In this document: positions 31,801-46,800 of the stretch, piece by piece | Numbering within the stretch: position 1 is the first letter of the stretch | Layout of the letters: the number at the start of each line of letters is the position of its first letter | Origin: an uncultured bacterium | Lineage (GTDB): Bacteria; Verrucomicrobiota; Verrucomicrobiia; Verrucomicrobiales; DEV007 | NCBI GenBank assembly: GCA_963977015.1 | Contig: CAXBMO010000014.1 | Span: 64,001 to 128,000, forward strand | DNA length: 64,000 bases | Reading direction: 5' to 3' | The notes under the pieces: generated by a model | Databases searched by the model: none | What the model saw: only the letters and a program-made list of their open reading frames with translations | Told to the model about the DNA's origin: nothing | Translations under genes and position numbers: made by a program

Positions 31801-34800
31801 GCTAACAGTGTAAAATTCGGCTTTGATGATGATGCTTCTGGATATCACAGCTACCTTGAAGTGGGAGGAAGCCGGGTGGACGCCAATGACGGGAATTTCA
31901 CGCCCAACACGGACACCTCGAACCGAAACACCCATCTGATCGTGGGCAAAATCGAAGTGAATCGCTCCGGCAACGAGACGGTAACCATGTGGCTGGATCC
32001 CACGGACGTTACGAGCGATACGCAGTTGGATGCCACCACGATCGCAGCCAACAAGCTCACCATTTCCGGCGAAAACATCATTGGGAGTGGCGATACGTTG
32101 AATCAAGTCCGCTTCCAGGCATTTGCCAGCGATGATGGAGGGGGAACGCAGGGGATGTTTTTCGATGAACTGCACATCGAGAACCTTGAGGCGAGCGCGA
32201 CAGCGTCGTGGACGAACAATGTGGAACTGGCAACCGGTTCCAGTTCCTCCATCACGCTCGATGATTTCACCAGCGTGGACACGTTGGGAACGCTCACCAC
32301 GAATGGAGCGGCTACGCTAAGCGTCAACTCCACCACCGGCGCAGGCGCGCTGGAATTCAGTGGAAACTCAACTCTGGGCGGCGATTTGACCGTCGTAACG
32401 AACGATCTGTCGTCGTTGACGCTCAATAATGTGAGCGGTTCGGCGGGCATCATCAAAGACGGCAACGGGACCCTGATTCTGCCTACAACGAACAGCTACA
32501 CCGGGCAAACGACTGTCGATGACGGCCGGATTCAGGTTTCGGCTGACGGAGCTCTCGGAACGACCGCTGCCGGGACCTCGGTGAACAACGGAGGTCAATT
32601 GGTGATTTCCGATACGAATTACGCCACCCTGGAGGCGTTGAGTATCGAAGGCACCGGTCCGAATAGCGATGGGGCTCTCCTCGGCGCCGGAACCTCCACG
32701 TTCGCGGGCGCGGTGACGGTGGCTGGTGATGCTCAGATTCAATCCGACGACGATCTGACCCTAACCGGTGGTATCGACACCGCGGGGAACGAAGTTTTGT
32801 TCCAAGGCGAGGGGAACACCACGATCGACTCCGGGATCGTGACCGGTTTGGGCAGCCTGCGAAAGGACGGCGACGGCGTTTTGACGGTGAACACGGCCAA
32901 CGACTACGCCGGGGCGACCAACATTGATGGCGGGGTTCTCGTCGCGCGGCACGATACCGCTCTGGGAGCAGCTGCTGGCGGCACGTTCGTGGCTGACGGC
33001 GCCCAATTGCGCTTGGAAAACGATATCACCATCGGCGCGGGTGAAGCGATCACGTTGAACGGGCGCGGCACGAACAACAACGGCGCGTTGTTGAATCAAT
33101 CGGGCGCAAACACTGTTCAGGGGTCCGTCGTTTTGGCCACCGATAGTGAGATCGAGGCGAACGACACCCTCAATCTGGAAGGGACTCTGACCCTAACCGG
33201 AAATCTCATTGCCGACGTGAATTCCGGCGACACCATTAACGTAACCGGAATGGTTACCGGTAGCGGCGATATCGAAAAACAGGACGTCGGGATCTTGATT
33301 CTGGCGAACGGGACCAACGATTTCACCGGAGCGCTGGATGTGGACAATGGCAGGGTTCAGGTGACCGCGGACGGAGCTTTGGGCGGGGCCGGCGCCACCA
33401 ACGTGGCCTCGGGCGCCACCCTCGAATTCGCCGGCGCTGTCAACTACACCGCAGCGGAAACCATCAACATCGCGGGAATTGGGGAAAGCGGCTCGGGCGC
33501 GTTGCGCAGTTCGGGCGGTGACACCGCGATCGGCTCAAGCGTGACGATCGACCTGACTGGGGACGCCACCATTAGATCGGTCGGCGGAACTTTGACCATC
33601 GACCCGAATCTCGATCTGGATTTCAATCTGGAGTTGGATGGCACGGGCGACTTCCTCGTCCAGGGCGTCATCAGCGGTATCGCGGGCGCCAGCTTGGAAA
33701 AGGGAGGGAGCGGAACCGCACGGCTGACGGGGACCAACACCTATTTGGGCGATACCGTGGTCGCGGACGGAATCCTGGTTGTGTCGAACAATTCAGCGCT
33801 GGGTTCGCCTGGCGAGGGAACTGTCGTTCGCGATGGGGCCACTCTGGCTTTCGACGACCAGGGAGGCGCCGACCTCACCATCGCGGGTGAGAATTTCACG
33901 ATCATTGGTGACGGCTTCCTCGGAACAGGTGCAATTCGCAACGATCAGGGTGACAACACCCTGACCGGCACGATCGATGTGAAGGTCGACAGCGAGCTGG
34001 GATCGGGGAGCGCGACCATCGCCTCGGACGCCGATACGCTCACGATTGAGGGTGATGTGACATTCACCCAACTGACTTTCAATGGCGACGGCGACACCGT
34101 GGTAAATGGCCAATTGATGAATGGCCTTTCTTCCGAGACCCTGCTTTCGCAGGACTTCGAGAATTTTGGTGGCGGACAGACTGACCCGGGCGACTCCCAG
34201 ATTCTCATCGAAGGTTGGGTCAACGACACCACGGACGATGTGGACTGGGTTTCCGACCAAGCCGGAACCGGCTCGGGGGGAACAGGGCCGAATGTGGACA
34301 ACACGCTGGGTACGAATTCCGGGACCTACATGTATGTTGAAGCCTCCGGTGTTGGTACAGGTGGGAAGACCGCGCGAATGACTTCTCCGGTCATCGACCT
34401 GACGGGTTTTACCGCCGCCCAGCTCGATTTCTTTTATCACATGCATGGTGACACGATCGGGACGCTCTCCGTGCAGGCCAGCACCGACGGGGGAACGAAC
34501 TGGTCGGGCGACTTGTTCAGCCTGACGGGAGAACAGCAGCAGAGTCAGGGGGACCCCTATCAGCAGGCAGTCGTCGACCTGACACCCTACGCTGGCGCCA
34601 ATAACCTACAGCTGCGAGTTACCAACGTCACGGGTTCGAGCTTTACCAGCGACATCGCGGTCGATGATTTTCGTGTGACCGCCTCGACAGGAGCTCCGAC
34701 GATCGGGGAAGTATTGAAAAACGGCACGGGCACCACGACGTTAAGCGGAGACAATTCCTATAGCGGCGCCACCACGGTGGCCGCAGGAACCCTGGTGGTC

Positions 34801-37800
34801 GCAAACAATAATGCACTTGGAACCCTGGCGACTGGAACCACGGTGGCGGCGGGCGCTACGATTGCCTTGGACAATCAGGGCGGCGCAGACCTTTCAATTG
34901 CCGAGGATTTCACCATTCGCGGTGAGGGTGTCCTCGGAACGGGCGCGATTCGCAACGATCAAGGGCAAAACGTCATCACCGGCGATATCACCGTGCCGGA
35001 GGCGCTTACAATGCCAGTAACCACGGGGCTGGAATTGCACCTGGACGCCTCGAATGTCGCCAGTGTGATTGCGGCGGACGGAACGCTGGACGACGGAGAC
35101 CTGATCTCCGGCTGGAACGACTTCCTGGGTGGCGACAATACCGTGGCCAACGACGCAGTTCAGACGGACGCGGCCCAGCAGCCTCGCTGGATCGCCAACG
35201 CGATCAACGGATTGCCCGCGATTCGCTTCGATCCAGATGCTGGAAATAGTTCCACAGACGACGATGACATGCAGATTACCGGGCTCAATCTCGGCAACAA
35301 CGCGTCTTTCTTCTTTGTCCTTCAGGAAGCAGCTCAGGAGCCTGCTTCTGGCAGTGCGCTTCGACCCTTTTTCAGCGGTAGCGGCGATTCCCACTCCGGA
35401 AACGATCACTATGCCTTTACGTTGAGCCGCCCCGACCTCTCGGATCAGTTCCGGATCAACGCGGCCGCCGGAGTATCGACGGCCTATTCGGGCATCGTGA
35501 ATCAGAACGGTGATTTTCACACCTATTCCTATGTTCGCGACGGCGTCGATGGCGAGTTGTTCCGCGACGGAGCCAGCGCGGTGACGCAGTCCGGGCTGAC
35601 CGGGAACGCGACGGATTCCGTCTACTTCATTGGTGGTCAAGATGGTAACGGCGCTCGTCACTACCAGGGTGACATCGCCGAAATCATCGCATTCAACCGC
35701 ACCTTGAGCGCCGTGGAACGGCAGCAGGTCGAGAGTTTCCTGAACGAAAAGTACTTCGGAGCTGGGGCTGCCGGGGGTGCAACGATCGGTGCTGCGGCGG
35801 GAGGCCAGCTGACGATTCAAGGCGGAGTGGAATTTTCCGATCTGACCCTGAACGGGGCCGGAGAGATCGCGGTTGAGGGTGTGATGAGTTCGCAGGTTGG
35901 CGCGGCCGGAACCCTGACCAAGGACGGCACGGGAACGGCCACCTTGAGCGGAGCGAACACCTACGCGGGCGAAACGACGGTTTCTGACGGAATCCTTGTC
36001 GCGGCGAACGACGCCGCTCTCGGCAACACCGGCGCGGGCACGACCGTGGCGGATGGCGCGGTCCTCGCGTTGGACGACACCATCCCAGGCGCGGCGCTCA
36101 CCATCGCGGAAAACATCACCTTGGGCGCGGATGCGGCCAATCCCGGCGTACTGAGAAACGTCGCGGGCGACAACGACGTTGCGGGAGGGGTCTTCGCCGA
36201 ATCGGGAGCGTTGGGCGACATCCGGATTGAATCGGCGAGCGATACCCTGACGATTTCAGGAGACGTCTCGCTCAATCAGGCTGGGATCACCGTAACCGGC
36301 GCAGGCGACACCCAGATCGACGGTCAGATCCTGGCTGGTGTGACGGTGGTCAATACCTATGATACGACTGTTCTGGCGGATAACCCGCTGGTCTACTGGC
36401 GGCTCGGAGATGGCGACCAATCCAACGGCGCCACGGTCGATAATGTCGGAACCCTTGACGCTGCTGGTGACGGCACCTATCTCGATACGGCAGGATCCAT
36501 CATCGAAACGGTGGCCGATCCGGCAATTTCGGGGGGAGACGGCATCGCGATTGAGGGGGATAAAAAGGAAGGTGTGGGACTCGCCTTCAGCGGAGACTTC
36601 CCGGGTACGACGGCGACCTTTGAGGGCTGGTTTCGCGGGGATGACGATCCGCATTCCGGAGGTCAGTATGAACCAGCGTTGTTCTCTTATGAAGGATCTG
36701 GCCCCGGAGGCGGCGGGAATGAGTTCATCGCGTTGTTTTCAGGCAACAATCTCAACATCTTCGGGAACGGGGCCGCATCGTCCACTTCGATCACGAAGGG
36801 AACTCTCTTCAACGGAAACTGGCGGCACCTTGCCATTACCTTCGATTCCACAGCTTCCGGATCTGGTTCCGCCAGCGTCTATCTCGACGGTCAATTTGTT
36901 GAAACCGTTACCAACGCAAATTGGGACGCGGATTTGAGCAGTTCGGGGCAATTCGTGGTGGGATGGGAACAGGACGGAGCTCTCAGCAACGGCAACCAGT
37001 CCTTTCAAGGTTTTGTTGGCGACATGGCCGAGGTCGCCATCTACGGCAGCGTTCTTGGCGCCGCTACCATCCAGAATCACTACGACGAAGGCCTCGTTAC
37101 GCCGGTGGACCCCGCCAACACGCTGACCAAATCCGGCAGCGGCACCCTGACCCTCACCAACGCCAATACCTACGAAGACGGCACTACAGTGAGCGAAGGA
37201 ACCCTGTTGGCCAACAACACCAGCGGTTCGGCGACTGGAACCGGTGGCGTCACCGTGGAAACCAACGGCATTCTGGCCGGAACCGGCTCCGTGGCGGGAA
37301 CGATCAGCGCGAACAGTGGCGGCGAGGTCAATCCGGCTCTGTCGGCTCCGAACGACGTGACCGGCGATCTGGGCTCCGGCGGCGCGAATTTGGCGACCGG
37401 CGGAACCTTCACCGTCCAGATCGAATCCACCACTCCTGACACCGGCTTTGATCAACTGGATGTTGCCGCTGGTGGAACCGTGACCATCAATGGCGCGGCG
37501 CTGGATGTTTCGATTCTGGGAACGCCCGGGTTCGCCGTGGGCGACAAGTTCAAGATTATCGACAATGACGGGGGTTCCCCGGTGACGGTGACCAGTCCGT
37601 TTACGGTTGGCGGTTCGGCCGTGCCGAATGGCAGAGCGTTCGAAGTGACCGACGACAGCGGCGCGGGGAGCACTACCTACGTGTTTTCGATTCTCTACAA
37701 TGTGGACGGGGACGCGGCTGACCCGCGAGGCACCACCGGCAACGACGTGGTCCTCTTCAACTTCGGGGAACCGGAAACCGAGGTTTCCATCAATGGCGAC

Positions 37801-40800
37801 GGTCATTTGGTCATCACCGACATCAACAGCGACTCGAATGATGCGATCACGATTGAGGATGACGGGACCAACTACATCATCCGCGATGCAAACCTGGCAC
37901 TGACCACCACGATTTCAGGAGCTGAACGCGTCGATGGCAATACGATCAAAGTTGCCAAGGCAGACGTCACCGGAGGCGGATTGATCGTCAATACGGCCAA
38001 TGCTGCGGACACGACAGGCGTCAGCGATACGGTTATCATTGGAGGTAGTACCAATCCCGTGAGCTTCACGGGACCTGTGACGTTCAATGCGGAATTCGTC
38101 CGGTTCGACCAGGATCTGGATGCCACCGGCAACACGGTGACCTTCAATGCGGAGGTGACGATGGGCGCCGATGCCGAACTCACAGCGCAGGACGTGGCTT
38201 TCAACCAGGCGGTGACGCTCAGCGACAAGGTTCTGACCGTGAACGTTTCCGGCACGGGAACTGCCAACGCGGTCACGGCGGCAGGCGGTGGGTTGACTAA
38301 AGACGGCGGCGGAACCCTGACGATCACGGGCCAAATCGATGATACCGGCACGGGATTTTCCGGCGTCGTGAATGGCGGCGAACTCAAGGTGCAAAACACC
38401 ACCAACAGCTTGGGCGAGTCCTCCTCCACCTGGACGGTCAATAGCGGTGGGATCCTGGAAGCGGTTGGCAATGGCAGCGTCAGCGGCTTGGGAAGCGCGG
38501 ATGTAACGCTCAATTCCGGCGAACTGGAGTTCGTCATGCCGCCCAACCCGTTTACGGATGCCCCGGGACAGTTGCAGGCGCGCTACTGGGACTACGACGT
38601 GCGGGGATCCCAGGGATCGGGGGGAGTGAGCAATGGTGGAATAGCCGAGTTCGATACGTTGGCCGGTCTGGAAGGGTTGATTGCGACCATGGGGACGCCG
38701 AATTTCGATGTCTTGCTGCAAGGTGACCTCGATTTCCCGGCGGGAGGAGGCAACAACAGCACCAGTGGCAATCCGTTCAGTTCCATCGGCAGCCTCGGCA
38801 ATAACGACACCATGGTGGCGGTCTGGTCAGGGTATGTCCACATCGACCCCGCGGACTACGACGGCAGCCTGACGACCTTCTTCAGCGCGAGCGACGATGG
38901 CACGGTGGTTTACGTGGATGGCAACCTGGTGGTGCAGAACAACCGCTTTCAGGGCGTCACCGAACGCTTCGGCACCTACGATTTGACGCCGGGCGACCAC
39001 GAGATCGTGATCGCATTCTACGAAGGAACCGGCGGGGCCGGGGTGACTGCGAATTGGCAGGGAACGGCCACCGGCGGCGCGAAGACGTTGGTCAATCCGG
39101 CTGCGTTTTCCGGCACGGGTGGAAACAGCTACTTCTTTACCCGCGAATTGCTGGCCAGCCTGGATCCGGATTTCGATCTGACCAACAACGTCACCGTCAG
39201 CGGAAGTTCGACCATCGAGTTGGGCGCGCAAGTGACCAGCGTGACGCTGGATGACCTCACGATGGAGGAGGGTGCCACCTTGACGGTGGAATCCGCCGAC
39301 ATGAATCAGCCGCTGGAATTCGCCAACACCACGCTGAACGGCGCGGCGACCACGACCGCGACGATCGACACCAACATGATGCCGGTCGTGACGCTCAACA
39401 ACCTGAGTGGCGCGGTGGATCTGGACGTGACCGGCGACGGCACGGTGATTCTGCCGACCGACAACTCGGCTGGATTCAGCGGCGAGATTACGGCGAAGAC
39501 GGCAACCACGATCGAGATCACCGTGAACGGTGCCTTGGGCGATACCAGCCAGGGAACTGTCATTGAAGATGGGGCGTCCCTGCGGATGACCGGCGGGTTC
39601 AACTACAGCCTGGCCGAGTCGCTCACCATCAGCGGCGCGGGCAGCCCGAAATCCGATGGCGCCCTCCACAGTGAGACCGGCGACAACGACTTCAGCGGCG
39701 CGATCACGATCGGTTCCGGCACAACGACGATTCGCACCAGCGCCAATTCGTTGGATTTGTTCGGCGGAATCGACACCAACGGCGCCAACGAAGTGCGTTT
39801 CGAGAGTGTGGGGACTACCCGTGTGCAAACTGCAGGAATCCAGGGCGACGGCAGCGTGCGCAAGGAAGACAACGGCACGTTGGAATTCTTCGTCGACAGC
39901 AGCTACACCGGAACCACACTGATCAACAACGGCGTGATTGACATTCGGACCGCGGCGGGACTTGGCACGACGGCGGGATCGACAACGGTGAATGGCAGCG
40001 GCACCCTGCGCTTGCGTGGAGGCATTACCGTGGCGGAGAATCTGACACTGAACAACGGCGATGGAGAGGGCTCCCAGGGCGTGCTCCGCAACGACGCGGA
40101 CGCCAACATTTTGACCGGAACCGTGACCCTGAGCGGCACCCCGCGCATCGATGTGGATGGGGGCACGACCCTGACGATCGAAGGGGCAATCGGTGGAGGC
40201 GGCGATTTCTTCAAGACCGATTCCGGAACCCTTGTGCTGGACAACTCCAGCAACGTCAACACCTACACGGGAACTTCAACGATTGCCGGTGGCACGGTGA
40301 TCATCCAGAAGGATTCCGCGCTGGGAACCGCCGCCGGAGGCACCATCTTGAATGCGGGTACGAGCCTGGAATTCAATCTCGCTGGAGACTACACCGTGGC
40401 GGAATCCCTCACCTTGGGGGAAGGGGCGACGGTCATCAACCGGGGATCGGACACGGATCTGGCTACCACCAGCATCACGCTGCAAGGTGACGCGACGATT
40501 GAATCGGCCACAGCCGGCACAACGTTCAGCACGGCCGCGAACATCGATCTCGGATTTGGCAACCTGACGGTGATTGGGGATGGCGACACCAGTCTGACGG
40601 GCGACATTTCCAACACCGCGTTCGTGAACGACGGCAACGGTAACTTCTTTGCCTCCGGCTTGATTGAGCGGGTTTACGATATTCGCAGTGTGGACGATCC
40701 ATTTGGAGCCACGCAATTGGGGGCCAGTCTGCAGAGCGGTCCGCGGGCCGGCTACACGACGACGAATCAGGGGCCTTGGGCTATTGACACGACAGACGAG

Positions 40801-43800
40801 ACCATCGTCTACACGGGCCAATTCTATGATGCGGACGGCATCTTCTCCTTCGCGGAGAGCATTGATGACGACGTGGCGATTTATATCGCCGGCACGCGTG
40901 TTTTGCGGAATACCTCCGCGAGCGTGGCGACGACCACGGCAACGACTTCCGGGATCAATAACAGCAACGAATCCGGCAACGCCAACCCGGACGGCGGCAC
41001 CTTCGACTTCAGCTCTTTGCCGAATGACAATGGCTGGTATGACATCGAAATCCGTTTTGCCAATGGCGCGGGGGGAGAAGGCGCGGTCTCGCGCGACTCG
41101 TGGACGACTTCCTTCGGATTCGCCTTGGCCAATCCGGCAACCGCGGATGAATTGCCGGGCGTGGATGCCGGTGTGCTGGATGGCTCCGACAAATCGGGCG
41201 TGCACTCTGAATTGACCGGCAACAACCCGGCTTGGCAGACGGCGGATGACCCGGGCGATGGCAGTTTGTTCCGGGTTTCGATGGAGGGCCGCGCCGGAAT
41301 CGTCAAGCAAGGCACCGGCACCCTGCGCCTCGAGGGCGACAGCACCTACCAGGGCCTGACCGATTTGCAGGCCGGCACGATTGAGGTGGCGTCGGCCACG
41401 GCTTTGGGCAGCGCGGATTCCGGAACGGATCTGTCCGATGGCACCACGCTTGCCTTCGATGGCACGTTCACGATTGCCGATGAGCCGATTTTGGTGGGCA
41501 ACAGCACCCTCCACAACCTGGCGGGTGACACCACCATCGCTACCACCATCACCGTGCAAGAGCGCGCAGGCGGGACGTTCACGCTGAGTTCGGATGCGGA
41601 CACGCTGACGATCTCCTCCGACCTGAACCTGAACCGCTCCGATCTGGACGTGACGGGCGATGGCGACGTGACGATTTCCGGGGTCTTGAGCGATGCGGGT
41701 GCGGCGACGGAAAGTGAATACGCGAGCCTTCTCCTCAACGAGGGGACGGACCTGAAAGCCTACTTCCGCCTGAACGAAGCGACCGGCACTTTGGAAGCGT
41801 TCGATTCGAGTTCGTATCGGGTGAATGGCACGTTCCAGGGCGGTGCGGAATCGACTCTGGAGGAGGCCAGTGCACATGCCAATCTGGGAACGGCGCTCGA
41901 TTTTGATGGAAGCAATGACTACATCGAGTTGGGCCAATCACCGGCTGATCTGGGACTGAACGGTCCCTTCACCGTATCCGCCTGGGTCAACGTGGATTCC
42001 TTCAAGCAGGACAACACGATCCTCGGCAACAGCGCAGGATCGTCGAACCAAGGCCTGCACCTGGTGATTCGCAACAGCCGGGCACACTTTGGCTTTTTCG
42101 GCAATGATACGGCCGGTTCGCAGGTGCTGACTGAGAACACCTGGTATCACGTGGTGTGGCGCTTTGACTCCAGCAATGGAGAACAGGCGATCTTCATTGA
42201 TGGGGCGCTGGACAACTCCAGCACCGGGCACGCGGCCTTCGCCGGAACTCAACCCGTCGATATTGGCCGCTGGAGAAACAGCAATTATTTTGATGGCACG
42301 ATGGACGACGTCGCCATCGTGGGCCGCGTCATGGACGACGCGGAAATCGCCGCGCTCTTTGCGGCAGGGCCGAACAACACGACGGTTAGTTACGATGCCG
42401 ATGTTACGAAGTCTGGGGCCGGAACCCTGACATTGTCCGGGGCGAACACCTACGCGGGTCAAACCACGGTTTCGGAAGGAATCTTGAAACTCGACAACGC
42501 CACGGCCTTGGGCACATCGACGGATGCTTCCGATGGCACGGTGGTGGAAGATGGTGGCGCCTTGGATTTGAATGGCGTGGATGTGCCCAACGAGATCGTT
42601 ACGATCAATGGCGACGGCGTTGTTGCCGATCCGGATACCGGTGCCTTGTACAACAGTGCGGGTAGTATGGGCAACAACGGGGTGGATAATCTCGTTTTGG
42701 GCAGCGATGCGTCGATCGGCAGCGATGGCGGGCGGTTTGGACTCAACGGCGGCACGGTATCAGGGGCATTCACCCTGACCAAGGTGGGCAACAACGATGT
42801 GTGGGTCGGTTCCACGGTCACGGTCGCCAACATCATTGTGGAGGATGGTGTCTACGGAATGCAGGGTAACAACGCGGATAATTTGTTGGCTGGCGGCGCG
42901 ATCACGATCAATGCCAATGGCACGCTGGGCACCTGGACGACGAAAACGTTTGATGCCGACATCGTCATGAACGGTGGCCGGATTGATACGGGAGCCCCAG
43001 GAGGGCAAAATAACACCGTAACGTTCAATGGTGATATTACGCTGAACGGGGCCAATAACCGGTTTCATATCGTAAATACGGCGGACGTCATTGCGACGGG
43101 AGTCATCAGCGGGGGCGGCGATTTGGTGAAGTCGGATAGTGGTGATCTTACGCTGACCAATGACAATACCTACGCGGGGACAACGGCCGTTAACACGGGA
43201 TCACTCCTGGTGAATGGATCCCACACGGGCGGTGACAACTACACTGTTGGCTCGACGGCGACGCTGGGGGGCAACGGAACGATCACTCTGCTCGACAACA
43301 GCAAATCCGTCACGGCATCGGGCACGGTGGCGACCGGCGATCCGACTACGGATTCGGGCATCGGCACCCTGACGGTCAACAACGACGTTAACTTGAACGG
43401 CGATTTTGACTTCCAGATCGATGGCGCTACCGCGGATTTGCTGGATGTTGATGGAGGGGTGAATCTGGATGCCGGTTCGACCCTGACGCTTTCCGACATC
43501 AACGATCCGGTCGACGGGTCGACCATCCTGCTGATCGACAACGATGACACCGATGCGGTGAACGGCACTTTCGGCACGGATTCGCGGTCCGGAACCGCAT
43601 TGACGGAAGGCGCAACGGTGACCGATGACGAAGGCGATGCCTATACCATCAGCTACGCCGGTGGCACGGACAGCAACGACGTGGTGCTCTTCGTGGGTGC
43701 GGCGGAGACCGAGGTGTCATTCTCCGGCGGCGTTCTCACCGTGACGGACATCAACAGCGATAGCGGAGATGACCTGACCATCAGCTACGATGCGTTGGCG

Positions 43801-46800
43801 GATGAATACGTCATCTCGGATGCCGCATTGAACCTGACCACGAACGGCCTGACCTCCGCCCAGGTGAAGCGTCCGGACGCCCGGACGGTTCGGGTGGATG
43901 CGGGCATCGTCACTTCGCTGGTGGTCCAGACTGCCAACACATCAGGTGACGGCAGCGACGATTCCGCCGACACGATTGGCATCAACGTTGCGAGCCTTCC
44001 CGCCTACCTCACCGGAGACGTCACGGTCACGGCGGAGACCATTCAATTGGACAGCGGCATCTCGGCCGGTGGTGATGTGACGTTGAATGGATCGACGACT
44101 CTAGGAGCGGCAGCTGCGCTGACTGCCAGCAACGTGAATTTGAACGGGACGATGAGCTTGGGCGCGAACAACCTGACGGTGAACGTCACCGGTGTGGGAG
44201 GGGCTTCAACCGGCGGAATTACCGGAAACGGCCAGCTCATCAAACAAGGCAACGGCACCTTCACGCTGAATGGCACGGGAACCAACAGCAACGGCTACAC
44301 GGGGTTGACGCACGTTCAAGGCGGCACGCTCGCGGTCGGCGGCAGCTTTGCCACGGATGGCGCAATTCAGGGCGACGTCACGATCGATGCCGGGGCGACC
44401 TTCGATTTGACCCAAAGCAACGTGATCGCCAACGGCAGTGACTTCACCATCAACGGCACGCTCGACATGAGCGGGCTGACTGAGGTGCTTGGGAACATTC
44501 AGGGCTCAGGCAGTATCATCAATCATACCAACAATGGCTCCAACGGCCTGACTCTGGATGATCTGAACGGCACCCACACTTTCGCGGGTGATATTTCCGG
44601 CGGCGGTTCGCTCAACATTCGCGGTAACATCGACGACAGCGGAACGCTGGAATTGTCTGGCGGGACGATCAGCCTCGGCAACCTGCGAATTGGCGATGGA
44701 ACGGTGACGATCAAGGATGACGCCACGGTAACCGCATTCAGCCAGACGGTGGTGGGAACGAATCGCACCGAAATTGCGGGGATCACCGCCGCTTCGGTCA
44801 CCGCAAGGCTGAACATCGAGTCCGGCAGTCTCACGACCGGTTCAATCATTACCGGAAACCGGGCTAGCGGCACGGTCACGGCGGTGATTGACCAATCGGG
44901 TGGCACCGTCCGCACCACCGGCAGCGCCGAAGAAGGCAACGGGGTCCGCATGTCCCATTGGGGCAATTCAGACACGACCTACACCCTGTCCAATGGAACG
45001 CTGACGATCGACAACGGGTTTGCCCTGAGCATGGCCACCACCGGCAACGGGCGATTTACCCAAACCGGCGGGACACTGAACACGACCAGCGTGGACGTGA
45101 ATTCCCGGACCGACGCGAACGGGAACGGAACCTTCGAGGTGCTGGGCGGAACCGCCAACATCGGTTCCGGTGGCATCGTGAGCGATTCAACCTCCAATCC
45201 GGGAACGGTCAACCTTGGCGGTCAGGGCGGCACCCTGCGAGCCACCGCGAATTGGGCATCCTCCCTCGATCTGAACTTGCTGGGAACCGGGGTGGACGTC
45301 ATCAACCTGGACACCAACGGGTTTGACGTCGGGCTGTCAGGTGGACTCAACGGAGTTGGCGGCTTTGACAAGCTGGGCGGCGGCACGTTGACCTTGAGCG
45401 GAACCAGCGACTACCAGGGTGATACGGATGTCGTCGCGGGAACTCTCCTCATCAACGGCGAACATTTGGCCGGCACGGTGGTGGCCGATTATCGCGATGA
45501 TTTCAGCACCACTCCGGCGACGGGTTGGCAGTATCTCTGGAATTCGGGCGGAGACGTTTCCGATCCGGCCAACTACACCGCGTTAGAGGTGGAGAACGAC
45601 CACTGGGAAACGGTGGCGAACGGCAGCTTTCCGGATCCAGCGCCGGGTTCGTATCTCAACCTCACCGGCACCAGCGGCCATCCAGGTTCCACGGACGTTT
45701 ACGCGATTGCCGCCTTTACCGTTCCGACAGCCGGCGATTATGCCATTACCAGCAGCTTCCTGGATCCGGTTACCGGAGCTGGTGACGGGAACGATGTCCG
45801 GATTTTCGTGAAGTCCGGGGCGGTGACGACGGAAGTCTTCTCCACCGCGACCGACGATGCCGTGATTGACTTCGACACGGCGCTGGGAACGCTTGGGGCT
45901 GGAGACGTCATCTATGTGGCGACCGGAACGGACGGTCTTGGTGCGGGCAACGATCCTGGCAATGACAGTTTCAACTGGGACTTCTCCATCTTGAGCCAGG
46001 CCACGAGCACGATCACGGTTCAGAGCGGTGCAACGCTCGGTGGGACAGGAAGTACCAATTCGGCGGTGAACGCGGCCGGAACGTTGAGCGCCGGTTCCCC
46101 GGTTAGCGGAATCGATTCTTTGGAAACTGGGAACCTGGATATAACGGGGACCCTGGAAGTGCAACTCAATGGGAACACCAGCGCGGATTTGATCGATGTG
46201 ACCGGGCCCGTCAATTTGGGTGGCGCCTCGATTCTGACGGTGTCTGGACTCGCACCTGCGAATGGTGCGACGATCACGATCATCGAGAACGATGGGACCG
46301 ATTTAGTGACCGGTCGTTTTACTTCCGACGGCTTCACCGTTTTGGAGGAGAGCGATATCGTCACGGTTGGCGGCGACCGCTACATCATCAGCTACGTGGG
46401 CGGGGATGGGAACGACGTGGTTCTGTTCAAGGGAGTGCCTGAAACGCAGGTTCATCTTGATGCTTCGGGCAATCTGACGATCAGCGATATTGAGAGCGAT
46501 AGCGCGGACTCGCTCACCATCACCTTCGACTCTTCAACCAATGAGTATGTCATCTCTGATGCGAATTTGAATTTGAGCGCAACAGGGTTTGATCGGGCCG
46601 ACGTTTCTCGCCCGGATGCGAAAACCGTGAGAGTGGCGGCGACTGCAGTCACGGGGAATGTGTTTGTGAACACGGCGTTCGGATCCGATTCGCAAACAGA
46701 CACGGTCACGATTGGAGGTGTGGATGCCTTGACTTTTTCGGGTGCGATCGAGATCACCGCAGAGTCGATTCTGATCGCAGGAACGGTGGTGGCCAATGGC

